From contig CAVSEO010000005.1 in assembly GCA_963727005.1 (NCBI GenBank), positions 833,044 through 897,043 on the forward strand: DNA of 64,000 nucleotides, in the 5' to 3' direction. The position numbers were made by a program, and so were the translations under genes. Every line of letters starts with the position of its first letter. Position 1 is the stretch's first letter. This document shows, piece after piece, positions 23,544-32,648 of this stretch. This DNA is from an uncultured Chloroflexia bacterium (GTDB taxonomy: Bacteria > Chloroflexota > Limnocylindria > Limnocylindrales > CSP1-4). Under the pieces are notes generated by a model, which ran no database searches, was not told the origin of the DNA, and was given only the letters and a program-made list of their open reading frames with translations.

Positions 23544-25114
23544 CTACACCACTGCCAGGAACCCGGACCGGCGCCCCGACGGCGAACGGAAGCGGGCCGC
23601 CTCGTCGAGGTGAATGGTTTCGACGCGCTCCGAGCCGTCGAGGTCGGCCGCGGTCCGAGCTACCCGCAGCAACCGCTCGATCCCTCGCGCGGACCAGCCC
23701 TCCATCTCGGCGAGCCGGATGGCGTGAGCTTGCTCGGCCGGCGTGAAGAGGCAGGCCGCCCTGAGCGCCCGCCCCGTGAGCCGGGAGTTGCAGCATCCAC
23801 TGCGCTGGAACTGCCTCGTTCGAGACTCGGCGATCCTGCGGGCCACCGGCACCGAGCCCTCCGGCGCCGCCGGGCCGACGTACTCGTCCGGCATGACTCG
23901 CGGCATGTGAACCCAGAGATCGATTCGGTCGCGCAGCGGCCCCGAGATGCGACCCGCATACCTGTCCACGACGGTCGCCTGGCAGCGGCAGCGGCCGTCA
24001 CCTTCGCCGGCGTGGCCGCACGGGACACGGATTCATGGCTGCGATCAGCTGGAACCTCGACGGGAAGACCGCCCCTCGACCGACTCTGGCGATCGACACC
24101 TGCCCGTCCTCGAGCGGCTGCCGGAGCGCTTCGAGCGTAGCCCTGTCGAACTCGGGAAGCTCGTCCAGGAAGAGGACTCCGTCGTTGGCCAGCGTCACTT
24201 CCCCGGGCGACATGTGGGGCCCACCTCCGACCATGGCCGCGTAGGAAATGGTGTGGTGCGGTGACCGGAACGCTCGGCTGCGGACGAGCCCGCGAACCGG
24301 CGTCGAGCCCGCGACGGAGGCGATGATCGTGGCGACTCGGGCTTCTTCATCGTCCAGCGGCGGCAGCAGACTCGGGCACCGTGCGGGCCAGGAGCGTCTT
24401 GCCCGAGCCCGGGGGGCCGACCATGATCAGGCAGTGTCCGCCGGCCAGGGCGAGCTCGAGCGCTCGCCGTGCCTCGAGCTGACCGCGCACATCGGCCAGG
24501 TCGGGTCCCGAGCACCCGCCCGCCATTCCGCCCCGGGGAGCTGCCGGCTCGTCGCCGACTTCGGCCGCCATTTCGATCCGAGGCGGCCGGCTGCGCGTCC
24601 GGCCCCGGCTTCCCTGGCGCACCAGCTGCGCCGCCTCCGCGAGCGTCGCCGCCGGGACGACGTCTATCCCGTCCGCCAGGCGCGACTCGTCCGCTCCCTC
24701 CACCGGAACCACGACTCTCCGGACTCGGCGCCGGGCGAGGGCGGCCACCATCGGAAGAAGGCCCGGGATGGGACGCAACTCACCGCCCAGCGACAGCTCC
24801 CCCAGAACGGCCCAGCGGCCGCTCGCCCGGACCTGCTCGGACCCGACCAGGATCCCGAGGGCCATGGCGAGGTCCAGGGAGGCACCGCCCTTGCGCATCT
24901 CCGCCGGCGCCAGATTGACCGTGATCCGGCGGGGTGGGTACTCGTAGCCGCTGTTGCGGATGGCGCCCCGAACCCGCTCGCGCGCCTCCTGGAGCGCAGT
25001 GTCCGCCAGTCCGACGATCGTGAAGCCGGGCAAGCCCGGCGCGACGTCCACCTCGACCCGGATCGGACGTCCGTCCAAACCCTGGAGGGTGGCGGAAAGA
25101 AGTGATGCGAGCAC
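23544..25114 (-). CDS. comM: Mg-chelatase-like ATPase ComM/YifB. Two frameshifts, near 24365 and near 24010.
   Basis: The N-terminal Lon-like domain and Walker A ([13 protein letters not shown]) are in 24347..25114. The middle is in frame 23998..24234 ([32 protein letters not shown]). The C-terminus is in 23544..23969 ([28 protein letters not shown]). Confidence 0.88.
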
Positions 25115-25193
25115 GACGCGGACCGTATGCCAGGCCGCTTACTTCCGGCTTATCGGGCGCTTAGAACACCGCGATCGGCGCGGCCAAGCTCGA

Positions 25194-26408
25194 CTAGCGG
25201 CCCTCTTTCGGCGCGACCGGCTGGAGCTCGAGATCCTTGTCCGCGGCCTTCACGAAGTCGAGAACGTCCCTGCCCAGGACGGAGTCCGCCTTCGTGTACA
25301 TGAACGGCGCACCGCTGTTGAGGGCTCCGATCGCGGACCGGTACTCGTTGATGATCTGGTAGTCGATCCGGCGCTTCAGGGCGCTCTCGGCGTTCTTGAC
25401 GTTGATCCCGGTGAACGCGTTCGATCGATTCAGGATGAGCTTGACCTTCTCGTCCGAGTAGCCGAGGTGGTTGATCGTCTCGAGAACGAGCCTGACGTTC
25501 TTGAGGCACGGAAGATCTGCCGTCAGGACGACGTAGATCGTCTGAGCCACATCCATCAGCCGCAGGTTGATCTCGTCCAGGCGCTTGTCGACGTCGAGCA
25601 CGACGTAGTCGAAATCCTCGGCGAGCAGGCCCACGATCTCCGGGAGGTGGTCGCTGTTCACGAGTTCGGCCGTCTCCGGCGACGGCGGCGCCAGCAGCAA
25701 CTCGATCCCGGACTCGTGCTTGACGAGGATCTGGCGCGCCAGATCCAAGTCCATCGCGGGCGCCGTCGCCAGATCGACGACGCTGGGTCGATCGAGTCCC
25801 AGATCCAGGAACACCCGATGGTCTCCGAACTGGAGATTGGCATCGATCAAGCACACCCGGTGACCGAGCTCCTTATGGAGCGCGATGGCCGTGTTTATCG
25901 CGATCGTCGTCGTGCCGACGCCGCCTTTGGCACCGTAGAACAGAATGACCCGGGCAGGTCCGCGCTTCTTGGGGGCGGCGACCGGGTGTGGGGCAATCGG
26001 TCCGCGGCTCGGCGGCGCGAGAGGCTCGGAGGGCTGGTAGCGAGCCAGCAGGCTGCGCATCCGAGCCATGAGTTCGGCCGGGTGGAACGGCTTGATCAGG
26101 TAGTCGTCCGCGCCCGAGCGAAGGGCCTTGCTGCGTCCCTCGGCCTCGTTCTCGGTCAGGAGGAGGATCGCCGGAGTATGCGTTGACGGGCCGTCGTCCA
26201 TGCGCAGGCGGCTGATTACGGTGAACCCGTCCATCCCCGTCAGGTTCGCGGCAACCAGGACGAGGGCCGGTCGCTCGGAACGCGCCAGACGGAGCGCCTC
26301 GGCGCCCTCGTTTGAGACGATGGTCTCGAAGCCGGCCTGCGTGAGCGCATTGCCCAGCGCTCGCTGCACGGTCGGGTCGGCGTCGACCACGAGTATCTTG
26401 ACGGCCAT
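25194..26408 (-). CDS. Receiver-domain / MinD-ParA-type ATPase fusion (CpaE-like); the receiver lacks the phospho-acceptor Asp
   Basis: Intact 404 aa. It has REC (KILVVDADP, ILLLTE, DDYLIKPF) and a deviant Walker A (GAKGGVGTTTIA). The acceptor position reads LVLVAANLTGMDG (Ala where Asp is expected). Confidence 0.8.
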   Translation of the reverse strand: MAVKILVVDADPTVQRALGNALTQAGFETIVSNEGAEALRLARSERPALVLVAANLTGMDGFTVISRLRMDDGPSTHTPAILLLTENEAEGRSKALRSGADDYLIKPFHPAELMARMRSLLARYQPSEPLAPPSRGPIAPHPVAAPKKRGPARVILFYGAKGGVGTTTIAINTAIALHKELGHRVCLIDANLQFGDHRVFLDLGLDRPSVVDLATAPAMDLDLARQILVKHESGIELLLAPPSPETAELVNSDHLPEIVGLLAEDFDYVVLDVDKRLDEINLRLMDVAQTIYVVLTADLPCLKNVRLVLETINHLGYSDEKVKLILNRSNAFTGINVKNAESALKRRIDYQIINEYRSAIGALNSGAPFMYTKADSVLGRDVLDFVKAADKDLELQPVAPKEGR

Positions 26409-26500
26409 CGTTACACCTGGTTGCGCGGATCAACCCGCTCACGAAGTTCAGGCGGCGTGCGACCGCCCCCGAGACGCACCGAATTGAGGCGAACCGCCAG

Positions 26501-26506
26501 ATTATA
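26501..26506 (-). promoter_or_regulatory. Candidate -10 box (TATAAT on the minus strand) about 90 nt upstream of the CpaE-like gene
   Basis: A perfect TATAAT hexamer sits in the 208-nt gap between the SPFH stop and the next start. The -35 is weak. Sequence match only. Confidence 0.3.
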
Positions 26507-26616
26507 GGGGGCCTGCCGCGCTGGAGGCATCGGCTGCGGCAACGCTCGTCTCCAGCGCGGTTCCGCGGGGAAGCTATTCCGTTCCGGTTGCAGGCGGCGC
26601 GCCTGCCGTCGGCCTC

Positions 26617-27516
26617 TCAGGATTTGGTGTCTGGGCCCTTGCCCATGCCGGACTGAATCATCGAGCTGACCGGCCCGAGCAGCTGCGTGAACTCGAGCGG
26701 AATGACGAACTTGGTCGCCGGCCCGCTGCCCAGTGCCTTCAACGCGTCCAGGTACTGCAGAGTCATCGTCTTCTGATCGATTCCGCGCGCCGCCTGGAAG
26801 ATCGTCTGGAGAGCCTCGCTGAAGCCCTGGGCACGTAGGATCGCGGCCTGCCGGTCACCCTCGGCTCGGAGGATGGCCGACTGCTTGTCGCCCTCGGCGA
26901 CGTTGATCGTGGCTTGCCGCGTGCCTTCGGATTCGGTGATGACGGCGCGCCGGGTCCGCTCTGCGGAGAGCTGCCGGTTCATCGCCTCCTGGACCGCGGG
27001 CGGGGGCAGGATCTCGCGGATCTCGACCGTCGTTACCTTGCCGCCCCAGCGCTCGGTGACTTCGTCGAGCTTGATGCGGAGCGTCTCGTTGATTCGTTCG
27101 CGTTCCGAGAGGACGTCGTCGAGAGGGATGTCGCCGATGACCGAGCGGAGCGTGGTCGCTGCCACGCCCTGCAGGGCGCCGGCGAAGTTGGCCACGTTCA
27201 CGATGCTCATCAGCGGGTCCGCGATCTTCCAGTAGATCAGGAAGTCGACGCTGATCGGGGCGTTGTCCTTGGTGATCGTCGTCTGGCGCGGGACCTCGAT
27301 GAACTGCTCGCGCAGGTCAACCCGGATCCCTTCGTCGACGATCGGGATGAGGAAGCGAAGGCCCGGATCCCGAACGAGTCCGGGGTTTGTCTGGCCCCAT
27401 CGTTTGACGACCATCCGCTCCCATTGCGCGACGACCCGGAACGACATTGCCGCGAAGAAGATCACGATGATCGCAATGACGATCAACACGATCAGAGCCA
27501 CGGTCCCAGCTTCCAT
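26617..27516 (-). CDS. SPFH/Band-7 (stomatin/slipin-like) membrane protein
   Basis: Intact 299 aa. An N-terminal TM is followed by the SPFH core (RVDLREQFIEVPRQTTITKDNAPISVDF, RLSAERTRRAVITESEG, coiled AILRAEGD repeats). Confidence 0.88.
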   Translation of the reverse strand: MEAGTVALIVLIVIAIIVIFFAAMSFRVVAQWERMVVKRWGQTNPGLVRDPGLRFLIPIVDEGIRVDLREQFIEVPRQTTITKDNAPISVDFLIYWKIADPLMSIVNVANFAGALQGVAATTLRSVIGDIPLDDVLSERERINETLRIKLDEVTERWGGKVTTVEIREILPPPAVQEAMNRQLSAERTRRAVITESEGTRQATINVAEGDKQSAILRAEGDRQAAILRAQGFSEALQTIFQAARGIDQKTMTLQYLDALKALGSGPATKFVIPLEFTQLLGPVSSMIQSGMGKGPDTKS

Positions 27517-27583
27517 CCCCTGAACCTCCTGTCATTAGCGCTGCCAAAGCGGCACAACCAGCTGCCGGTTCTCCGGCGGACCT

Positions 27584-29191
27584 CTACTCCACGCGCTCGA
27601 CGATGAGTGTCAAGCCCTCCTGTCTGATGACTCGAACATGCGACCCGCGGGCCAGGCTCTTGCCGTCCGACGTCCGAGCCGTCCACGACTCGCCCGACAC
27701 GTAGACCGTGCCCGTCGGAGCCAGATCCGCCTGGACCTCGCCGGTCTCGCCGACGATCTTGACGGTCCCGACCATGCCCGAGCCTGCCGGAACGGCCAGA
27801 TGGCGCATCTGGAGCAAGGTCCGGACGAGGATAAGGCCGTACAGGGCCGCGGCCACCGTCATCGTGATGATGATCGGCCAGGCCACGGCGACGCTCGGCA
27901 GATACGGACCGGGCGACCCGTAGAAGGCCACCGCCCCCACGACGAAGCTCGCCAGGCCGCCGATCGTCAGCAGGCCGTGGCTGGGCACGGTCGACTCGAA
28001 GACAAGCATGAAGATGCCCAGCACGACCAGCACCACTCCCAGGATGTTGAGCGGCAGGCTGCCCGATCCGTAGAAGGAGAGCGCCAGCGACAGGGCGCCG
28101 AGTATGCCCATCAGCAGCGTGGGGTGGAAGAACTCGATCAGCACGAACAGGATGCCGATCACGAGCAGGATGAAAGCGATGTTCGGGTCGTCCAGGGTGT
28201 GGAGGAACGACTGGATCGGGTCTTCGCCGATCGTGACCGTCGTGGCGCCCTTGGTGTGGACGACGACCGACCCGGCCGACGTGGTGACGGTCTGGCCGTC
28301 GGCCTGGTTCAGGACGTCATCGATGCTGGTGGCGATGCCGTTGACGCCATGGGCGTCGACGGCCTCCTGGGCCGTGTAGGACTGGGCCTTCTCGACGGTC
28401 GCGACAGCCCACGCCACGGCCTGCAGGATGGCGCTCCTGGGCGATGCTCCTCATCGTCGCGATGGCGTCGTTCATGACCTTGTTGGCCTCGGTCTGGCCG
28501 TAGGTCGCGGCGATGTCAGCGCCGCCGGCCGCCACCGGCGATGCGGCACCGATATTGGTGCTGGGGGCCATGTAGGCCAGGTTCGCCGACAGGGTGATGA
28601 ACGTGCCCGCGCTCGCCGCCTTGGCCCCGGACGGACCGACCCACACGATGGTGGGGATCTTGGAGTGCAGCGCCGCGTCGATCCGCAGCATCGCGTCCTC
28701 GCTGCCGCCCGAGCGTGTCGAGCTGGATGATCACGGCGGCGGCCCCGTCCGACTCGGCCCGGCGAACCGCTCCGGCAACGTGATCGGCCATGACGTCGTC
28801 GACGACGCCGCTGGTCGGGACGATTACGACCTCCGGACCCGCAGGCGCCGCGACAGCGCCACTCGGCGGCGGCGTGGGCGGAGTCTGGACGATGTTGGCC
28901 GCCACTGCCGGTGGTTCGAGCCATGCCCACGAGCGCAAGGAAGCCGCCGGCAACGACCAGAGTGGCCGCCAGCCTGGCGAGGGCGAAGGCGGACCGCCGC
29001 AGCGACCCCACTCCTGCCGCGACGGACGGCGCGATATCGAAGATTCCCGTCCTGGGACGTTCGAGCTGAACCGTCCAGGGCAGAGCCGCGATTTCGTCCG
29101 GCAGGGCCGGTGTCCTGCTCGCGGCAGCCGATCGCCTCAGGCGGTCTTCCATCTCGTCGTCGGATCCGTTCTCGAAATCGGAATCGCTCAT
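27584..29191 (-). CDS. NfeD-type membrane-bound ClpP-class serine protease with an N-terminal cytoplasmic extension. 3 frameshifts.
   Basis: Pieces: 28472..29191 (extension plus TM), 28516..28953 (VVIVPTSGVVDDVMADHV), 28317..28691 (IVWVGPSGAKAASAGTFI), 27584..28417 (multi-TM region plus C-terminal OB domain GMVGTVKIVGETGEV...VRVIRQEGLTLIVE). The start overlaps the sigma-factor stop (ATGA). Confidence 0.8.
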
Positions 29192-29793
29192 CTGGTGCCC
29201 CCTTCCGCCGGCTCGATCCGGCGGCGCAGCGCCTGCAGGGCGGCGTGGTGTCGCGACTTGACGGTGCCTATCGGGATGCGCAGGCGCTCGGCTATCTCGG
29301 CCAGTGACAGATCCCCCCAGTAGCGCAATACCACGACCATCCTCAGCTCCCGGCTGAGCGATGAGAGGGATCGGCCGACGGCGTCTCGGGCGAGCGCGGA
29401 CCTGAACGGGTCGGCGCCCTCGAGATCGAAGTCGTCCACATCGAGGGTCCGCCGCCGGCTCCGCTGGCGCAGCCGCGTGCGGCAGACGTTGACCAGTATC
29501 TGGCTGAACCAGGCGTGGAACCGGTCTCGCTCTCGCAAGGCCGGCCAGCCTTTCCAGGCCCGCACGGACGCCTCCTGGACCGCGTCCTGGGCCTCGGCGG
29601 AGTCGGCGAGCAGGTAGCCGGCGAGCCGGTACGCCATGGAGAGCTCGCCCTCCAGGGCGGCCACGAAAGTCGCGTCGATGGCCCGATCCCTTGTGGCGGG
29701 CGGCGCCGCGGACGCGCGAACTGCTTCGGATCCCAGGCAGGCTTCCTTGACGAACATGCCACGCTCTTCGTGCGGCCCGGGCGGGTCGCTCAT
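29188..29793 (-). CDS. ECF-type sigma-70 family RNA polymerase sigma factor
   Basis: This is the C-terminal 201 codons of ORF 29188..30435. Region 2 (AQDAVQEASVRAWKGW, FHAWFSQILVNVCR) and region 4 (RMVVVLRYWGDLSLAEIAERLRIPIGTVKSRHHAA) are both present. Confidence 0.82.
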   Translation of the reverse strand: MSDPPGPHEERGMFVKEACLGSEAVRASAAPPATRDRAIDATFVAALEGELSMAYRLAGYLLADSAEAQDAVQEASVRAWKGWPALRERDRFHAWFSQILVNVCRTRLRQRSRRRTLDVDDFDLEGADPFRSALARDAVGRSLSSLSRELRMVVVLRYWGDLSLAEIAERLRIPIGTVKSRHHAALQALRRRIEPAEGGTR

Positions 29794-29822
29794 GCGTGTG
29801 ACTCGCCGATCGAACGATCGGT

Positions 29823-30463
29823 TCACTGGTCGCGATCCCCGCCCGAGAGACGCAACGACTCTCCGCTCATGGGCACAAGCTCGTCCATCGCGTCGAGCAC
29901 GAGCTGGCTCCACGTCTCCATCCGGTCGTAGGCAGCGCGCACGACCTCGATCCGCTCGAATGAGCCACTCAGCTTGTGCGTCTCGCGCACTCCGACCGGC
30001 CGGCCGGACGCCTGCGCCAGGTACACGAGCCCGAGGTGATGCCTGCCCACATCCACGGTGTCGTCGTTGAGCAGACCCGACGAACTCGAAGGGCGGTACG
30101 AAGCCGGCATCGACCTCCTCGCGCCACTCCCGCGCCAGGCCGCCCGAAACCGAGCCATCGCCGGGATTGAGGTGGCCGCCGATGCCGATCGTGTAGTGGT
30201 CGTGGAGCCGAGCGTCGCCACCGGCCCGCGTCCGCTTCATCAGGAAGATGCGGTCGCCGTCGCGCAGGATCAGATACGGAATGATCTGCTTGAGCGTCGC
30301 GGTCCTTCTCGGCCGCAGCTCTGTGGACGTAGACACCGGTGCCGTCGACCCGCCGCAGGATCTCGGCCACGCCCTCACGACGCACGCCGCGCCATGGGAC
30401 CACGCCCTCGAACAGGGTCTCGCGAGCCACCGCATAGACGAGCTCGCCGGCCTCTTCGCTCAT
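29823..30463 (-). CDS. NUDIX-like hydrolase family protein. Two frameshifts.
   Basis: Frames 29969..30562, 29188..30435 and 29823..30221 give a Nudix-box-like GIGGHLNPGDGSVSGGLAREWREEVDAG, then LLNDDTVDVGRHHLGLVYL. The start overlaps the tyrA stop (ATGA). Confidence 0.55.
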
Positions 30464-31347
30464 GACCGCTGCGAGTCCTCGAGCCGCCGGCGCGCCGCGG
30501 CGAACCGAGCCAGCAGCACTTCCTCGTTCGGGCCGCCATCCCGTTCCAACTCCGCCAGCCACCCGTCCAGCACGGCGCGGAGCTCGCGCAGCCGGGCCGC
30601 GATGGCTCGCGAATTCGTGGCTGCTATCCCCGCCCCCATCGCGGGATCGCCACGTGCCAGGCGAGTCATTCCGGCCCAGCCGGTCGCCGCGAGCACCTCG
30701 GCTGCGGCCCAGTCCTCGCGTTCGGGTTCGCCCGGCCCGCCGGCGATCGCCTCCACCAGGGCCGCCGAAACCACGAGCGGCAGATGGCTGATCGCCGCGA
30801 CGGCGCTGTCGTGGGCCGCGGCGTCCATGGGGATCTGGATGGCGCCGCAGGCTTCCACCAGCTGGCCGATTCGCTCGCCGTCGCAGAGACGCGCATACCG
30901 GCCCAGAACCGTCACCCAGGGCCGCTCTACGAAGAGATCGGGCACGGCGGCGCCGTAGCCGCTCAGCTCCCGGCCCGCCATCGGGTGGCCGCCGATGAAC
31001 GGCAGGCGGGCCTCGTCGGCCATGGCTACGATCCGACCTTTGGCGCTGGCCACGTCCGTGACGGCGCAGTCCTCGGGAAGCGAGCCGCGCAGCGGTCCTG
31101 CCAGCATGCCCAGGAGGTCCAGGCAGACCAGCGGCGGCGCGGCCAGGACGACGATCTCGGCATCGCGAACGGCTTCCTCCGGCGTCGCGGCCGCCACGGC
31201 CACGACCCCGTCCGAAATGGCCTGCTCCACGGGTGCGCGCCTGCGGCTCCAGGCGGTGACCTGCCAGTAACCGGGCTCGCCCCGCTCGTGAAGGGCGCGC
31301 GCGATCGAACCGCCGATCAGACCGAACCCGAGGATGGAGAGTCGCAT
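30460..31347 (-). CDS. tyrA: Prephenate dehydrogenase
   Basis: Intact 295 aa. It has the Rossmann motif ILGFGLIGGSIA, then TDVASAKG, IGGHPMAG and HDSAVAAISHLP. Confidence 0.82.
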   Translation of the reverse strand: MRLSILGFGLIGGSIARALHERGEPGYWQVTAWSRRRAPVEQAISDGVVAVAAATPEEAVRDAEIVVLAAPPLVCLDLLGMLAGPLRGSLPEDCAVTDVASAKGRIVAMADEARLPFIGGHPMAGRELSGYGAAVPDLFVERPWVTVLGRYARLCDGERIGQLVEACGAIQIPMDAAAHDSAVAAISHLPLVVSAALVEAIAGGPGEPEREDWAAAEVLAATGWAGMTRLARGDPAMGAGIAATNSRAIAARLRELRAVLDGWLAELERDGGPNEEVLLARFAAARRRLEDSQRS

Positions 31348-31525
31348 GGCCCCATTATGGCGGGGCGGTCTTGCGCCAACGAACCGCCCAGGACTTGCCT
31401 CCGAGCGCCGGACTCACATGTCGGTGTTCGCCGGCCGATACCTCGATTAGACTAGGGCGCGGTGGCCAACCGTCACCTGACTTGCCACCGGCCCGCCATA
31501 CAGGCGTCACGAGGACAACCAGCTC

Positions 31526-32221
31526 ATGACCGAATCGTACGGCGAGAATCGACCAATCCGAGTCCTCCTCGTCGACGACCACCAGCTCCTGACCGGCGCG
31601 CTGTCACAAATGCTCAGCCGCGAGCCGGACATCATGGTCGTCGGCGTGGCCGGTACCGTCGCCGAGGCCAAGGCAATGGCTCGCGAGCGCCTCGATGTCG
31701 TCCTCATGGACTACCGGCTGCCCGACGGCACCGGGGCCGAGGCTACCCGCGCCATCAAAGCCCGCTGGCCGGCTGCCAGGGTCGTCATGCTGACCGCCCT
31801 GACCGACGACGAGACGGTCCTGGAGTCCATCCAGGCCGGCGCCGACGGCTATCTCACCAAGGATCGGGCGATCGACGAAGTCGTGAGCGCCGTACGGGCC
31901 GCTTACGCCGGCGAGACCCTCCTGCCCCGTTCGGTCATCGTCGGCATCGCCCAGCGGGTCGCCGCCGCGAGGGACCGCAACGTCGAGCGGCGCCAGATCG
32001 AGCCACTTACCCCGCGCGAACTCGAGGTCCTCAAGGCCTTGACCGAGGGCCTCGCCACGCCGGAGATCTGCGAGCGCCTGTACATCGCCCCCAACACGCT
32101 GCGCACGCACGTCCAGAACATCATGGGCAAGCTGCGAGTGCACTCGAAACTCGAGGCGGTCGCGTTCGCGCTGCGCCACAGGCTCGTCGAGCCGCCCAAG
32201 TCGGACGACAACCTCTTCTAG
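31526..32221 (+). CDS. NarL/LuxR-family response regulator
   Basis: Intact 231 aa. It has REC (VLLVDDH, VVLMDYRLPDGTG, YLTKD) and an HTH_LuxR domain (LTPRELEVLKALTEGLATPEICERLYIAPNTLRTHVQNIMGKL). No histidine kinase gene is adjacent. Confidence 0.88.
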   Translation: MTESYGENRPIRVLLVDDHQLLTGALSQMLSREPDIMVVGVAGTVAEAKAMARERLDVVLMDYRLPDGTGAEATRAIKARWPAARVVMLTALTDDETVLESIQAGADGYLTKDRAIDEVVSAVRAAYAGETLLPRSVIVGIAQRVAAARDRNVERRQIEPLTPRELEVLKALTEGLATPEICERLYIAPNTLRTHVQNIMGKLRVHSKLEAVAFALRHRLVEPPKSDDNLF

Positions 32222-32243
32222 GACCGCGGGATCGCGTCGAGCC

Positions 32244-32498
32244 CTAGGCGGGTCGTCTGCGCCGGCGCACCCGGCGGTCTTCGACCCTTCGCTCCCCTTC
32301 CGGCGGTAGTCCCAGTTTGACCTCCCGGCGCGAGAGCAACGCACGCCGATCCGTGACTCGCCTATCGTCCTGGAGCGAGGCTCCGCAGCGCGGACATCGG
32401 CGCTCCTCGGTGAAAAGCTCGAGGAGCGGGACCGTGGCCCATAACGTTCGTCCACAGGCGAAGCAGGCTAGCCGAGGCATGAGTTCATCGTACGTCAT
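32244..32498 (-). CDS. Small zinc-ribbon protein with an Arg/Asp-rich tail (hypothetical)
   Basis: 84-aa ORF with CFACG...CPRCG followed by DRR/ERR repeats. Coding status is not proven. Confidence 0.4.
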   Translation of the reverse strand: MTYDELMPRLACFACGRTLWATVPLLELFTEERRCPRCGASLQDDRRVTDRRALLSRREVKLGLPPEGERRVEDRRVRRRRRPA

Positions 32499-32648
32499 CG
32501 CCGCCGGCGTTCAACGGCCGTTTGAGGCCACTCCGGGCAGACCCGCGTCCGCTCGAGTACGTCGGATTGGCGATGACCGCCGTTGCTGCGCCCCGAATCC
32601 GAGAGCCGCGCCTACCGGCGCGGCTCTTCGGACTTCGAAACCGCTCGC

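Noticed and set aside
25194-26408. The CpaE-like genes as markers of a Tad/Flp pilus locus
   Set aside because: No CpaF/TadA ATPase, TadB/C, prepilin peptidase, pilin or secretin genes occur near either copy. The neighbours are comM/dprA and murI/methyltransferase.
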